The notes beneath the pieces are model-generated. The model was not told the origin of the DNA and searched no databases. It saw only the letters and a program-made list of their open reading frames with translations. Of a stretch of 64,000 nt of DNA, positions 1 through 13,789 are shown piece after piece. Position 1 is the stretch's first letter, and each line of letters starts with the position of its first letter. The stretch is from Octopus vulgaris (Eukaryota). The stretch spans positions 121,644,001 to 121,708,000 of the forward strand of contig OX597815.1 of NCBI GenBank assembly GCA_951406725.2, written 5' to 3'. The position numbers and the translations under genes were made by a program.

Positions 1-1183
1 TAGAGTGTGTCCCCATAGACAGTGAGAGATTAAACAGTTAGTAACATTATGTTCTTTAAAATATTTCAGAATGTCAAACATTCCTTTCATATCTAAAAGG
101 AAAGAATGTTTTACTTTTATTGATTGTGTTTTTCTATTCCATATACAATATTTTCCATGTAAAATAGCAGAGAAAGAATGTTTATCAGTTATTGAGAACA
201 AATTAACTCTTCAAATTCCTAATTTCATTGGCAAAACTGCCAGTTCAGCTCAGCTCTTTGTAAATGATACAAAGTATGATAAGTTAATCTTTTACAATGA
301 CAGTTTATTCGTCTTAACAAAAAGAAAATTAGCTTCCATTGCAACTTGTTTTATGTGAGTTAAGAATCTTTCATCTATTACAGAATAATGCATATGCAAG
401 GTAGAGACATTCTTATTTCCAATGAGTTCAAGTGAAATGTAGATTAGGTTTCAGTTATCACACATACTAGATATCATATACAGGTTAGATATTAAATAAA
501 TACTAATATCAGTGTCAAGCTTCGGGATGTAAGGAAATGGAAAGATCAGTGGGTCAAAACATCTCACTTTTGAGTAAAATAGAAATTGATTCAATGAGTA
601 TGATATAAATGTTTAAAAGTATACATTAGATATTATACAGAGATATGCCCCCCCCCCCCCCGAAATCTATGAAACAAAACTTGTTTAATATGTCTCTGCA
701 TATAGCATTTTCTTAATTTGATACAGAGTAAGAGATTATATATTTGATCAGTCATTTTATTTTACTAAAATTTTCTTGAACTCCATGGTGAAATGAATCC
801 TAACGCTAACCATTACAGGTTTTGAACTCAGACCTAAGGGGACTAATTACTGCTAACTGTAATCATTTTCTATAGTTTCACTATGTTCACACTGAATGTT
901 TATTAAAAGCAGTTATCACAGTTATGACAAAACTTATTAATTCTCACAATATATTTTTAAAACTTGACAATTCTTTTTAATGTAATTCCTGTAAATCTGC
1001 ATAGATTTAATTAACAAATTGAAAATAACTTCTGGTCACTTTCTCTGGTGCCAAAAGATTCTAATTTCACCTATAGTTATTGTGAAATGTGAAGATATAC
1101 CACTTAATGTCAGGTATGAAGCCAGTGTCTATTAAGGGATGCCATAAAAGGCATAAAACACAATATTAAAATTCTTGATTTAC

Positions 1184-1214
<31 letters not shown>

Positions 1215-2334
1215 CGTATATATATATTCTTTCTTGTATTTCCTTCTCAAACTGGCCAGAAAGCAAAATTGTCAAATTGTAATCTCAGCATTTTGAAGAT
1301 TGATTTCATTTTATTAACTGCAAAATTTTACTGTTGATAAAATTTTTGCTTTTTAAAAATACATGAAATAGTAAAGATACTGGGAGATTATGTAAAAAGA
1401 AATATGATTTATATTAAAGAATGTATTTATCAATTTTCATTTAATATTTACTTTTACTGTTATCTTTATTTAAAAAATCAATATATTTTTTTAAAAGAGA
1501 AAATAACACTGTTCATACAGCTTCCTGTTATTCTGAATGTGTTTATTTTTTTATATATTATATCTTATAAAAAAATCTAGTATTTAATTATTTGTATGGA
1601 TATTCCTAAGATATTAATTCACTGCAGTTGATGGGATTTTTTTATTGATTTTCTAATACTTATTAATGCTGTTGGTATCAGGGATAACAAAATTATGTAA
1701 CACATCTTACCATAAAGGAATTAATATTTCTGTATAAATATATATATATATATAGCTTTGCTTTAAAATAATTTTTGTCCTAAAACCATACAGGAGAGAG
1801 GGCATACATATTTGATAACTAATTTTAATCTAAATGCAGCTTAACATGTCTGGTGAAGTTAATGACACATGCTTGCTGGTCACATATCAAGTCTATACTT
1901 TTGAATCATTAACTCTAAGTATATATACATATATATTTGTTATCTACTGAGGGAAGATGTGAAGCCATAATTGCACCTTAACTGAGTGAGACCTATCCGA
2001 TATTCCCTCAAAGTTGTGCATGAGCATGATTACACAGTCACTATATTAGTATCATGCAACATCAAAATGTTGCTGTACATTTTAATTTATGACCTTGTTT
2101 TGATAAACTGTGTGGAAGTTTGAATGCTATACACTAGTTTTGAATTTAAAATATTTTTGCTCAAAATATCAAAAGTTCTGCTCAGAGGTAACATTGGACT
2201 TGTTTATAACAAAATTGTATTTGTTCAGTTGTTAGACCCCTATACATTCTTAAGTCTTTGATGTCCAAATTATTTTAGACTGAGACTTAATATATCAATA
2301 TCTAAAGAGTCATAGGCTTGTATTATTTTGGGTA

Positions 2335-2535
2335 ACTGTCAGTGCATTGGACAAAATGCTTAGCGGTATTTCTTACGGCTCTTTACATTCTGAGTTCAAA
2401 TCCAACTGAGGTCAACTTTGCCTTTCTTCCCCTGGAGATAAATAAAGTATCAGTCAAGAACTATAATCAAGGTAAAAGGCTTACTTCTCCCCTCAAAATT
2501 GCTAGCTTTATGCCAAAAATTATAAAGAATTATTT
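2335..2535 (+). mobile_element. SINE family B copy (head ggcggcgagctggcagaatcgttagca..., (ATT)n tail). Other copies: ~12290-12430+, 18390-18570-, 18600-18790-, 19255-19445-, 26560-26660-, 26700-26890-, 27215-27400-, 39100-39310-, 43570-43760+, 59940-60142-
   Basis: Recurrent ~220-bp repeat with B-box-like GAGTTCAAAT and shared core gtcgactttgcctttcatcc; boundaries approximate. Confidence 0.8.
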
Positions 2536-3044
2536 GGGGAAGAATATAGAAATACTATTTTATTGTTTTCAGCTAGTTGGCAGTAACCATACTGAGCCAT
2601 GTAAATAAAATTTACTGGCACTATCTTTACTTTCTCAATGAAAATAAAATCATTTCACAAAAAAAAAAAATAGGTGCCTGTATATTATTAAAATATATTA
2701 TATAGATGCAATCTAGTGGACATTGTGAATAATTTCTTTTGTAGTAAGTTCCACTTTTTATATGTGCATTTAAGGCACATATCTCATTGCTATGCAACAT
2801 TACAGATCCAAACATTAGGGAATAGTAGCTCCATGATCTTTCCCAACCTGTTTATACTTTCAGAACAATTGACACCCTGCTAATTACATCTCTTAGGTAA
2901 TAAAAGCTATCAATTACTTCTAGTGAGCCATCAAGGTATTTAAGAGAATTTCGTTAAGAAAATAAGACATATAATTTTAAAATTTAGAAGCTGAAATATT
3001 TTTTAACAAACTAATTCTTCCTTTCATTTTCTTTGCAATTCCAG

Positions 3045-3101
3045 AAACTGAATACTGCTTTGCATTACGCATCTTCATCAGGTCTGAAAAATTGTGTTGA
3101 G
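3045..3101 (+). CDS. ANKIB1: ANKIB1 exon (ankyrin repeat) KLNTALHYASSSGLKNCVE
   Basis: Polypyrimidine tract plus ccag acceptor; gtaagg donor; 57 nt, phase 0/0; ankyrin T-x-LHYA motif. Confidence 0.9.
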
Positions 3102-4569
3102 GTAAGGTTTTAATTTAAAATTTTCTTTGGAATATCTCATTTTTATCCTTATGCATCTGACGGCCAAATTTCATGGTCTAAGTCATTTCTTATTTAGAGT
3201 TACTGCCCCGCTAGACATAGTTGAGGGGCTACATCTTGCTTCTATATGTTATTTTAGCACTGTTTGTTCACAATGGCTGAATGGATTAACACCAACCATT
3301 TACAGAGTGTTCTAGGTGCGTTTCATTGTGACACCAGCGGTACTAGTACTAAAGATGTCATTTCTATCTCCTGCATTGTCTCCATTCATTTATCATTGTC
3401 ATCATCACCATTATCATCATTTAATGTCCATATTACATGCTGCATGGTTCAGATGGTTTGACAGGATACATTGGGTCCAAGGACTGCATTGTGATCCAGT
3501 ATCTTCTTTGGCATGGTTTGTATGGTTAGATACCCTTTCTAATGTCAACCACTTCACAGGGTGTACTGGGTACTCCTTTCATTGTACCAGTACTAGTGAC
3601 ATCACCATACAGCTTACAAGCCTAAGATTCCCTTTGACTGAGTGGAGCTACAATAGAAAGGGAGATTTCTTTATGCCAGGAGATGAAGGAATAAAGGATG
3701 AGAGAAGGGACCACAACAGGACTGGTTTCTTGCTGTAGAGAAGCTACATAGCTACTCACATTATAGAAGAGAAGGTGGGACATACCAAGGTGGAGCTGAA
3801 AAGGAATAAAAATTGTAGGATAAGGTGTCAGGGTGAACCCTGAAGATACAAGATCAGTAGAAGTGAGTGTGGGTAGGTTGGGATTGTGTTAGTATAAGAG
3901 AAAGATGGTTAGTAATGGTGAAGGGGCGAATGTTAAGGAAGAACAAGTGTTGAGGGATAATAAGTAGATAAGATGAAGAAAAGTAGGTGACGACTCTAGA
4001 AATTGAATAGGGTTGAGGGCTGGATGTAGTGAATGGTTGATAAGGTTTCTCTGCATGTGTGTAGTGTGTATGATTAAATTGAATTAAACACTGAAGTTAA
4101 TTACTCAGAACTGTTATTCACATGAAGACCATCAATTAAATAGAGAAGAAAATATTAGCAACTGATTGAAATACTTGTTTTGAAATGCAGTGAGGAGAGA
4201 TCATTGTCTTAGTGCCCATTATTGTGTTAATCCTTTTGGTAAAGTTGTGGGCAAAAATTGTAGATATGTTTTGATATTATTAGACCTCATTAGTTAAATT
4301 AGTGCTAATATATTTAATGAAGTGAGCATTGAAAGTCTAATTAGAAATAATTAAGTCAGTGAAGAGGAGACAACATATATCTTAATTACTAATGTTATTT
4401 GGATCATTTCGGAAAATGTGGAGGATAATTCCAGATCTGTTTTGGTCTTGCTTAATGTAATCAGCAAACCGGACTTGCCAAAGTGGTAATTGGAGAATTG
4501 CTAAATAGGTATGAGCGTGCATATATATAAATATGTACATGCTTATGTATATTCATATACATGTATGTA

Positions 4570-6719
4570 CAGAGCTGGGCCTAAGTCTGTTAATCATTAA
4601 CAAAGTTAACATTTTCATTTACGATTTAGCTTTAAGTTAACTTTGAAAATCATTATTGGGCTAATTAATTTCTGTTACACTTAGCTTCCATTAACTCAAG
4701 TCCATTAACCTAAAAATTTCATAAAAACCAGTAAACATTTAAAAGTGACTATTGTTTTCAGATTGTGTTAGCATATTTAATATTGTATACGTTATTCTTT
4801 CAACCCTGATATAAATGACTTGTAGAACCTTGTTTGGCCCTGCCTGGATTTGAAACCAAATCCACCCACTTATTGCTTGCAAAGACAGCTGGAAATTCCT
4901 TTGTCCTGTCAAGAGGGAACAGTGATTTATGTGTTTCCACTTGATCCGTGACCTCACTGAGGTGGATGTCAACAGAGAAAATATTGACTTCCATAAAGTG
5001 GAAAAAATAAATGGAAGGAAAAAAGTTGGTAAATATTTCGCTGTGAATGCAAATAGCTGTTACGTGGTAACAGGGTATGCTAGAAATAGCAGCCAAATCT
5101 TTTCTTTTCTGGAAAAGGCACCGTTTACATGTGATTTTGATGTCACATTCATTGAAAGCATGCAAAATAACCTGGAAAACACCGCAAAATAAAACTCCCT
5201 TGGTAGGAAACTTCTAGGTCCCCACCTTTCCTCCCACCTTTCTTTTCTAGAAAAAATGGCTTACAGCAGGTTTGAAGGTCAGATACTTTGAATGCACGTG
5301 AAAAAACCTTGGAAAAAAATTATTCCACACCAAGGTACGAAATATTTACCGAAAGAATAAAATCTTGTACCTATTATACCTGTATTTTAATTCATTCAAA
5401 TTAATGTACCTCATACTGATAAGTGGAAAATTTTTTGCTGGTTGCCATCTGGAATAATTTTAGTAACAAATCAAACAGGTAAGGTGCATTATGAATTTCA
5501 ATTTTAATGTTTTTCCATAATATTATTGCTTTTACACCTGTTAATTAAATTTACTTACCCATAAAAGTCAAATTTACTCGTTAAGGTCAGTTAAAATTAC
5601 ATAACTATAAACCAGTGGTATATAAAGCACCCACTGACAAAATTTCCAATCTGTATGTAAAAAATTTACGAAGTTACAAGAATATATTGTGGACACCTCT
5701 CTTGAACCTGAATAATTCAAAATAATGTGAACAAATAAGCATTACACTTGACAGGTTAATATGAACACTAAATATGTTTTCAGGTGTTCTTTTTTTTTCT
5801 CACACACACACATAACACGGCCTCGCTCGGTTGGGACTACACGTGTGTTACTTTGACATCATCATTCCATTAAATTTGTTTATGGGGAGAAAAATATTGA
5901 AAAATAAATGTGTGTATAAGAACGAAGTGTGGAGGGAGGTTTTGGGATGTGCTAGAAATACTAGCCAGATCTCCCTTAAATCACATTTTTCTCTGGAATT
6001 TTTAACAATTTTTTTTTAAACCAAAAATGTTTCTCTCGCGGGTTTTAAGTGCATAGTGAAAAAAATGGCAAAAATTGTTTTGGACTGGGGTGGTGAGGGG
6101 GTGGCAGGAGTGAAAAAAAAACAATTTTTCAAAATTTTTTTCTTTTTTCTTGTGAAAAAATGCCTCCCTTCATTCTGAAGACTTTGGTGAAAAACATTAG
6201 GAAAAAATACCTGTCAAAATGGAGAAATTCCAACTTATGTGGACCATCTGATCTGAAATTCTGTTTTCCTTCTCCTGCCCACTTCCAAAAGTTTTGCCCC
6301 AAAATTTCTTTGTAATTGTTATCTACACCGTTTGAAAGGTATTTGTTTAAAATTTCATTAAAAAATACCTATTTTCCAGAAAGTTATGAGGGGGAAAATG
6401 TCGGGTCCTGTGAATTTTCCAAAATTCCTCTTCCCAGTCCCTTGAAAAAATTTTTCAAAGTCTTTACATACACTCAGTGTACAGGATATAAGTGATTATT
6501 TATTGATCCATTTTTCTGGAAGCTTTGAGGCAACAAAGTCGGTGGGGTATTAAACTGTAGTTATGCCTTTTTACAATAAAAGTTATCATTAACAGATTAA
6601 CATTAACTTCCATTTTATTTTCAAAGAATTAATGGATTAACAATTAATGAAGTTAACTTTTTGGTTAATGGATTAATGATTAATGAAGTTAACATTTTGA
6701 TTAATGGTACCCACTTCTG
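4570..6719. mobile_element. Non-autonomous hAT-like DNA transposon (~2.15 kb)
   Basis: Termini cagagctggg / cccacttctg; subterminal arrays of gttaac/ttaat motifs at both ends; 8-bp flanks tgtatgta and tgtatata (7/8 match, TSD-like). Confidence 0.65.
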
Positions 6720-7407
6720 TGTATATATTTTTGATACTGAAAGTAGAGTATCAGAATTTATTAAGCTAAAGTCCAAAATTTTATTACCCTAAGTTTCATG
6801 TCTCCAGTTGAACAATAAAACTGGTAATCATTAAAAGGAGTATTCAGAAAGCGAAAACAAAAGCAAAATGAAAATGAAAACATGTTTTGGCTGCCTGTGT
6901 AAAAAGACATTTATATAGGCAGATAGATAGAAATATTTGATTGTTTGTGTCGAAACAAAACACAGAAAGAAAGCAATGATATATTGTCTGCATATATATA
7001 AATTAATAAGCAAGTAAGAAAATGAATAGCAGTGAAATTCAATGCTGTTAACAGCAGCTCAAGCCATTCTCAGAATGTCAATCAGCTCAAATCCTGCAAC
7101 ATCGATAAAAAAGCTACAGAAAGCTTAGCAAAAATGGTGATTCTGGAATGCATTTGAAATTTGGATTTTCATTCATAAAATCCTGTAAGGTGATCAAAGT
7201 CAGCTTGCAACATGGCACAGATGGAATACTTAAACGGAAAACAAAAGATAAAATTGGAAACAGTCAGAAATTTCTTCACCATCTGCATATTTCTTTGGAA
7301 GATGTGCTTTTTCAAAACTATCTAGCAACCTTTTTGATTTGTGTAAACATATACTGAGGATGTTGATACAAGGATTCACGATGTTCTTGTTCTGCTGTAA
7401 TATATAC

Positions 7408-7670
7408 AGCGGTCGAGGGATCGTGGGTTCGAATCTCAGACTGGGCGATGTGTGTGTTTATGAGAGAAACACCTAGGCTCTATGGGGCTCCGGCAGAAGG
7501 TAATGGCGGACTTCTGCTGACTCTTTCGCCACAACTTTCTCTCACTCTTTCCTCCTGCATCTTGCAGCTCACCTGCGACGGACCAGCATCATGCCTAGGT
7601 GGGGAACCTATACGCCAAGGAAACTGGCCCAATGAGCCAGGCGTGGCTCGAGAAGGAACAAACAAACAAG
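7408..7670 (+). mobile_element. 5'-truncated tRNA-derived SINE with Meta-like core. Related copies ~14450-14750+, 33715-33990+, 48925-49180-
   Basis: B-box GGTTCGAATC, cctgcgacggaccagcatc core and (ACAA)n tail; superfamily assignment is from recall. Confidence 0.6.
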
Positions 7671-7680
7671 CATATATATT

Positions 7681-7966
7681 CAGTTCTATATTTAAGAGAT
7701 GAGGAATTATGCACATTATTTACATTTGACAGATATTTGTCCTCATCTTGTTTGTTGTTAAAACGTTTCAGCTGATATACCCTCCAGCCTTCTTCAGGTG
7801 TCTTGGGGAAATTGCAAACCTGGGCTCTCATTCCTAAGGTATTATTATTATTATTATTGTTCAGGTCACTGCTTGGAATCGAACTCGGAATCTTGGGTTA
7901 GTAACCTACACTCTTAACCACTATGCCATAGGCCTATGAGCATATGGCATAGTGGTTAAGAGTGTA
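7681..7966 (-). mobile_element. tRNA-headed, hammerhead-carrying non-coding retroelement (copy 1), with a 24-bp inverted duplication of its 5' end
   Basis: Minus strand: TGGCATAGTGG (A box)..GAGTTCGATTCC (B box)..(AAT)n..CTGAAGA-A-GGCTG..CAGCT-GAAACGTT. Arms 7907-7930 and 7943-7966 are perfect reverse complements. Homologous to 36691-37136. Confidence 0.75.
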
Positions 7967-8529
7967 ACTCTAGTTTGTTTCATCATTTTTCTCAGCATTT
8001 ACAAATCAAATGGTTTTTCACCTCAAATAACAGAAAGCAGTCAGTATATTTTTCCCATACCTGCCTGCTCTGACAAGCATGCAATGTTATGCAACTGTGC
8101 TGTTATCTAACATCCAGTTTAATATCCAGTGTGAAACCAATTGGAAAGATCAGCCCCAGTTGATATATAATACTGTACACTTTGACTAATACGCACACAT
8201 ACGTATGCATATCTGTGTGTGTGTTGGGAGAGAGAGAGTTATAGATAGATATGTACATATAAATATGCATAGTTTGGATGGTGTTTATAAGAAGACACAT
8301 AATTGACATTCACACACACCACTTATAACAAGCTTCCATATAGTTTTTGTTTCTCAACTCCACTGACAAGTCCCAAGTCTACAGTAAAAGGACACTTACC
8401 CGAGATGCCACATTGTACAACTGAAATCAAAACCATGTGGTTGCAAAAAAAACCTTGTAATCACATAGCCATGCCTGCACCTGTCATGAGTATGCTGGTG
8501 GGGATGTAGGCTGTATCCAGATCATGACT

Positions 8530-9130
8530 CCTGGATATCTCTTCTGCCACACTTTGTCCAACCCACACCTTCTTCAGTGATTCAGTTCCTCAAAGCGAAG
8601 TCATCTTGGATCGTGTAACCACTTTGGTACAAGACATCAATTGTACAGAGGATAAGTTATGCCTTCTAAAGTTCACTTTTGTTCCTTGTTGATTAGATCC
8701 AGGCAGAAAGCTTTTCAGTTGCTTTTAATATTACTTTTAGGGCTCTGGCCCTTCTTTCCTTGAATTTGAGAGCTGTTCCATGAAATCATAGGCAAATTTT
8801 CCCACAGCTGCTCCCTTGCTTTTACCTCTATAGTAAATGACTTTGACTTGTAGGCCAGATTCTCTCATGTTGTTGGCTAAACTTGTGTGCTTCTAAGTAC
8901 ACTAGTGACATGTGAAGGAGAATGGATGAAACCTAAATTGTTAGGTTTCATCCATTCTTCTTCACATGACACTCTGAATTTAATCAGAATCACTTGTTTA
9001 ATGAAAGTGAGTGGAGCACATTATCCAACCTCATACCACTCTTGTTAATGATTTGTGTGTAATTTTTCCATTCTAGAATGTCTGCCATGCATTCCCAGTC
9101 ATCTACTCCATCCACTATCTTCTGATGATT
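8530..9130 (-). mobile_element. Decayed 3' part of a non-LTR retrotransposon with restriction-like endonuclease (Hero/NeSL-like)
   Basis: Minus-strand translation DDWECMADI..GMRLDNVL..(R)VSCEE..FTIEVKAR resembles the DW..DL..LRPDIVL..VPWEE..VEVGCRG motif series; has stops and frameshifts. Confidence 0.55.
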
Positions 9131-10710
9131 TGTTGTTGGATGTCTTCCTTACAACTACTTAACTATGAACTAATGGTCTTACATAGTATTTGCTGTCTGG
9201 AAAACTAAAGTAATAAGTTTATGGTTTGTTACAATGTCCTTATCACAAGTGTTTGGTTGTTGTTATGAATCTTAGTTTCACTGCCACTATCTCTATTAGT
9301 AAAACATTGGCGTTATTTTCAGTAAAAGTAATGTAAATATGTTAGACATTTTCTGAATATGTTATATATGCCAAAAGAAATTGTGGTTTTTACAATTTTT
9401 GGCAGTACAGGAGGTAGTTTAGTACATATCTTCTATCTACAAATATCATAGTAGTTTAAGATTCTAGCTTATTGCTTCAAGGTATATGTAACATAAATAT
9501 TGATTGAATTTTCTGAATTGGGTATATTTAATGGTTAGATAGTGAAGATTTCCAACAACAAAATTTAGCAAAATTTGTTTATTGATATAACCTTCTTTCT
9601 GTTTTTGTTTTTTACTTTGAAGACAACACATACTTATCGCTTTCATCTGGTTTTAAATCATTCTATTAGTAGTAATGAATAAAGTTATCATGGTTAGTAA
9701 TATTGATTTTCTTCTTCATTTGGTTACAAAGATTTTCTTTCAAGTAACTCTTTGTTTCGTTTTTTTTTCTAAGTATTTCTTTCCTTTTTTCGAAAATGAT
9801 TTATTAAAGTCATTTTCAGCTCACTTTTGTTTTCATTGTGAAGTTCATTTCTTTAAATTTTTAATTGGATACATTTTATTATTATTAGTATTTTAACAGA
9901 AAAGATTATCAGTCTCACTCAAATTTAAGTTTTTACATTTAGTTGTGCAAAATTCCTGGAGCAGGAGGGACATTTGTTAATTCTCTTTCAGGCCTTCATT
10001 TAAATGTAGTTTAGCCACTTGGAATAATAATAGAGTTTTTGTTTTATCTCAAAATATGGAAAGAAGACATTGCAGCTGTCTCAGGAAATATAAAAAAATG
10101 AGTCTAAAGAAACCAGTTGATGCTTTGCATCATGCAAGCCATGTATGTCAATTGTTTAAACCTACCATAAAACGTCTATTAGTTCTTACTAATGTCCATT
10201 CTTCCAGTTAATCTTTTACATTTTTTAATAATACTTTCACTCTAATCTGTATCATCAGCTCTTCAGCAAAGCAAATTTTGCTCTCAGCTGATAGTTCAAT
10301 AACTTTGTCCTGTCGAAGTAATTTGAACATAGCATGTAGTTCCATTCACTCGTTTTATATATGATGTTATATCTACATTTAAGTCACAAGAGCATAGAAT
10401 CTAGTCCTATACTTCCTGCAGAAAGAAAAACATAAATTTGAGTGGTAGCTATGGTGAACATTACTACTACTACTTTATCTTTTACTTGTAATGTTTAATG
10501 CATTGAAATGTTATCATGCTAGTGTACCTCCTTGAAGGATTTGGCTAAGTCTGGTACTTATTCTATTTGTCCCTTTTGTCAAGCCGCTTACTTATAGTGA
10601 TGTAAACAAACCAACACTGATTATCAAGTGATGGGGGAGGGAACAAACATAAAGACATAGATATGCACATACCTACCATATATATATATATATATATACA
10701 AATTGAGATA

Positions 10711-11920
10711 GGGGTTGGCAGCTAAGTTCCTGCCGTTTTTTTAAATTTAAATTTTTTAAAAGGCTTAATAAGAAATAACAACTAATTAATCAATTATGTA
10801 TTCACCCTTGTTGTTTACAACTTCTTCCCAATGTTCAACAAGATTTTCAATACCTCATTGGTAGAAAGCATCCGATTTCGACTCAAAAAATTGATCCAAC
10901 TAAGCTCTCAATTCTGCATCAGTATTGAATGAAACTCGGTGCATAGCATTTGAAAGAGATCGAAAGAGGTGGAAATACATTGGTGCCAAATCAGGAGAGT
11001 ATGGCAGCACTTCCCAGCCATGCATTTGAATGGCTTCCTTGGTCATATTGGCGATATGAGGGCGGGCGTTGTCATGCAGCAGCAGAACTCCGTGCTGCTG
11101 ATTGAATAGCTGTGTTGAGTTGTTCCATCTGTTGAACATAGAGTTCCACATTGACCGTTTGGTTCCATTCAAGCAATTCGTAATGGATAATCCCTTCCCA
11201 GTCCCACCATACGCACAACATCATTTTACGTGGATGAAGATCTTTCACGTGCAGTGTCACTTGTTTACCGGTTCTAAGCCATTCCTTATGCTGCTTCATA
11301 TTGATGTACAGGCACCATTTTTCATAGCCAGTAACAATTCAGTAAAGAAATCATTACTTGTGTCCATGAGATGAGCAGTGACAAGCAAGCAAATTAGCGG
11401 AGATTATGGCTCGTTGATTTCTGTTGTTGTCACTTAAAGCATGCGGAACCCATGCTGCATACTTCTGAATCTTTCCCATTGAGTGAAGATGCTTCTCTAT
11501 AGAAGTGTCAGAACATTCCATTTTCTCCGCCAGTTCCCTTGTCGCTTGACGAGAAATATGATGAAAAAGTTGATTTAATCGCTCTTCATCGAACTCAACT
11601 GGACAGCCAGAATGAGGTGTGACTTGGAGGTCAAAATTTCCATTTCTGAACTTGGCATACCAATCACAAGCGGTTCTTTCAGCTATGGCACCCTTTCCAT
11701 ACACAGCACAAATGTCACGAGCAGCTTTTGTGGCCTTAGAATCTTGATTAAAAACAAAAAGAAGGAGGTGTCGAAAATGCTCGTTTTTCTTAACTTGACA
11801 TTCCATTTTAGTGATCTAAAAATAAACAAAAATTAACTAGAAAAAATACAAAATAAATTCCAAAATGATTCAAAAATAGAATTCTCAAAAAAAGCAGCAG
11901 GAACTTAGTTGTCAATCCAA
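10711..11920 (-). mobile_element. Near full-length mariner transposon with frameshifted transposase pseudogene, inserted in a family A SINE
   Basis: Terminal inverted repeats (TIRs) ggggttggcagctaagttcctgc / gcaggaacttagttgtcaatccaa flanked by TA. ORF pieces 11806-11354, 11299-11072 and 11172-10900 contain WVPHAL, LCVWWD, HDNARPH and YSPDLAP. Confidence 0.93.
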
Positions 11921-13055
11921 TATATATGTCTTTGAAAAAATGAATAGAAATGGCTTTTCTGCATTTTTCCACCTTAATAATTAGATGTTTGTAAGTTTAC
12001 AAAAGGTGATTTTGATAGGAGTTTATCGCTTAAAAGCAGTTTTCAAACTGATATTTTAGAGTTTGCTATTGACTGTTTAAATAGGGGAGTGTTTATACAC
12101 ACACACACAACAGGCTTCCACACAGTTTCCATTTACCGAATTCACTACTATAGCTAGCCTGGGGCTATAGTAGAAGACATTTACCCAAGGTGCTATGCAG
12201 TGGGACTGAATCCCAAATCACATAATTGCAAATCAAGTTTCTTAACCACTTAGCCATGGCTTGTTCCATCATCTTATATTTTTGACTTGATTAGTAGAAC
12301 GATGAAAGCATTAGTCAAGATACCTTGTGGTATATATTCTACTTCTGTACATTTTAGCTTCAAATTCCTAAAAGGTCAACTTTGTTTTTTCATCCTTCCA
12401 GGACTGATAAAATCAGGTACTGGTCAAGTTGTGAAGCTTGTATTAGAAATTGTTTTAGTTTAAAGCATCTTTTACTTCTTATATTTGGACACAATGTCAC
12501 AAATATGCAATGAGATATGCAAATCAGTTGAACTGACCTGGATATATTACTGATATTTATTAATGGATCTCTATCATTTTTAGTGAAGGTTCTCACCATT
12601 TAATCAGTAACATGAACTACCCATTGTATTAGCATGTGAGTGGCTGAATATTCCTCAGAGTAAACCTATAATGTAATTCTCAGAAAGAGCCAGCATGTGT
12701 GTGTGTGTGACAAGGCTGGTGTTTTGAAGTGCAGGTATAATTGAGTTGATGAGCTTTCAAACATTTTCTCTCTCCCTGATTTCATTGGGTCAGCTGAGGC
12801 TACACTAGAAGGTATCCATGATGCCACACAGTAGGACTGAACCTAGGATCAGAGGATTGTGAAGGCAACTTCTTTACTGCTCAGCCATGTCTACACATAT
12901 ATTAATGATACTAATTTCGTTAGTACCAGAATTATGAAACACAAAGTTAATTCCACAGAGGTTTGAAGTCAAAATACAATTAAATGCAATGTAAAATTAA
13001 ATAGAAATTAAATGCTGCAGCTCATCGAAGTCACTACTTGACTGTTTCTGTCACT

Positions 13056-13280
13056 TTAATCCTTTAGAATTTAAAGCAATCATATCTGACCCAAATATTC
13101 AACTTGTTTTATGTTCAAAGTGGCCATGCCCAGCTTCTCACACCTCCCTATAATGTCATAAGAATAAACAGTCACATCATCAAAATCTCAATGCTATGAG
13201 ATAATACAGGATTAATTCAAAACAGTGTGAATAAATAAGCATCACCTTTGACTGAGTAATATGAATGCTAAAAGGTTTGA
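13056..13280 (+). mobile_element. TTAA-flanked piggyBac-like MITE. Other copies: 36599-37230 (interrupted), 42635-43160 (interrupted), 52141-52224 and ~5710-5775 (partial), 56961-57145 (-). Related family at 59162-59389
   Basis: Consensus termini ttaaccctttagcatt / aatgctaaagggttaa and a shared internal sequence across copies. Confidence 0.7.
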
Positions 13281-13507
13281 CATTCATTTTCGTAACATTG
13301 ATAATAATGATAATTGATTGTTATTAATAATTTTAATAATTATCTGAATTAATGGCACTTTATTCAGTTTTACTTGAGTAGAAATTCTTGAGGTGAATGT
13401 TTTGATGCTTGGGTACCTGCATTCAAAATATGAAAAAGCATGCATAGTAATTATGGGTTAATCTTTCAATAATTTTCATTTTTAAAGTACATGAACATTT
13501 AGTTGTG

Positions 13508-13558
<51 letters not shown>

Positions 13559-13789
13559 GTTTGCTCATACAAACATGAAAAATGGAACTCAAAACAAGAG
13601 TATATGTACAGGTGTAGGTGTGGGTGTGTGGTAAGAAACTTGCTTCCCAACCACATGGTTTGAGGTTCAGTACCACTGCATGGCGCCTTGGGCAAGTGTC
13701 TTCTACTATAGCCTCGAGCCAACCAAAGCCTTGTGAGTGGATTTGGGAGTGGAAACTGAAAGAAGCTTGTTGTATATATGTGCCACCTG

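Noticed and set aside
71-358. 95-aa ORF and the many other short ORFs in the track
   Set aside because: No recognisable domains or splice support. Most derive from AT-rich intron, SINEs or (TA)n tracts (YIYIYI peptides).
647-661. Poly-C run (G-quadruplex potential on the minus strand)
   Set aside because: Isolated homopolymer with no supporting context.
1-3044. Upstream ANKIB1 exons or promoter
   Set aside because: I found no segment matching the expected N-terminal sequence; those exons probably lie before the window.
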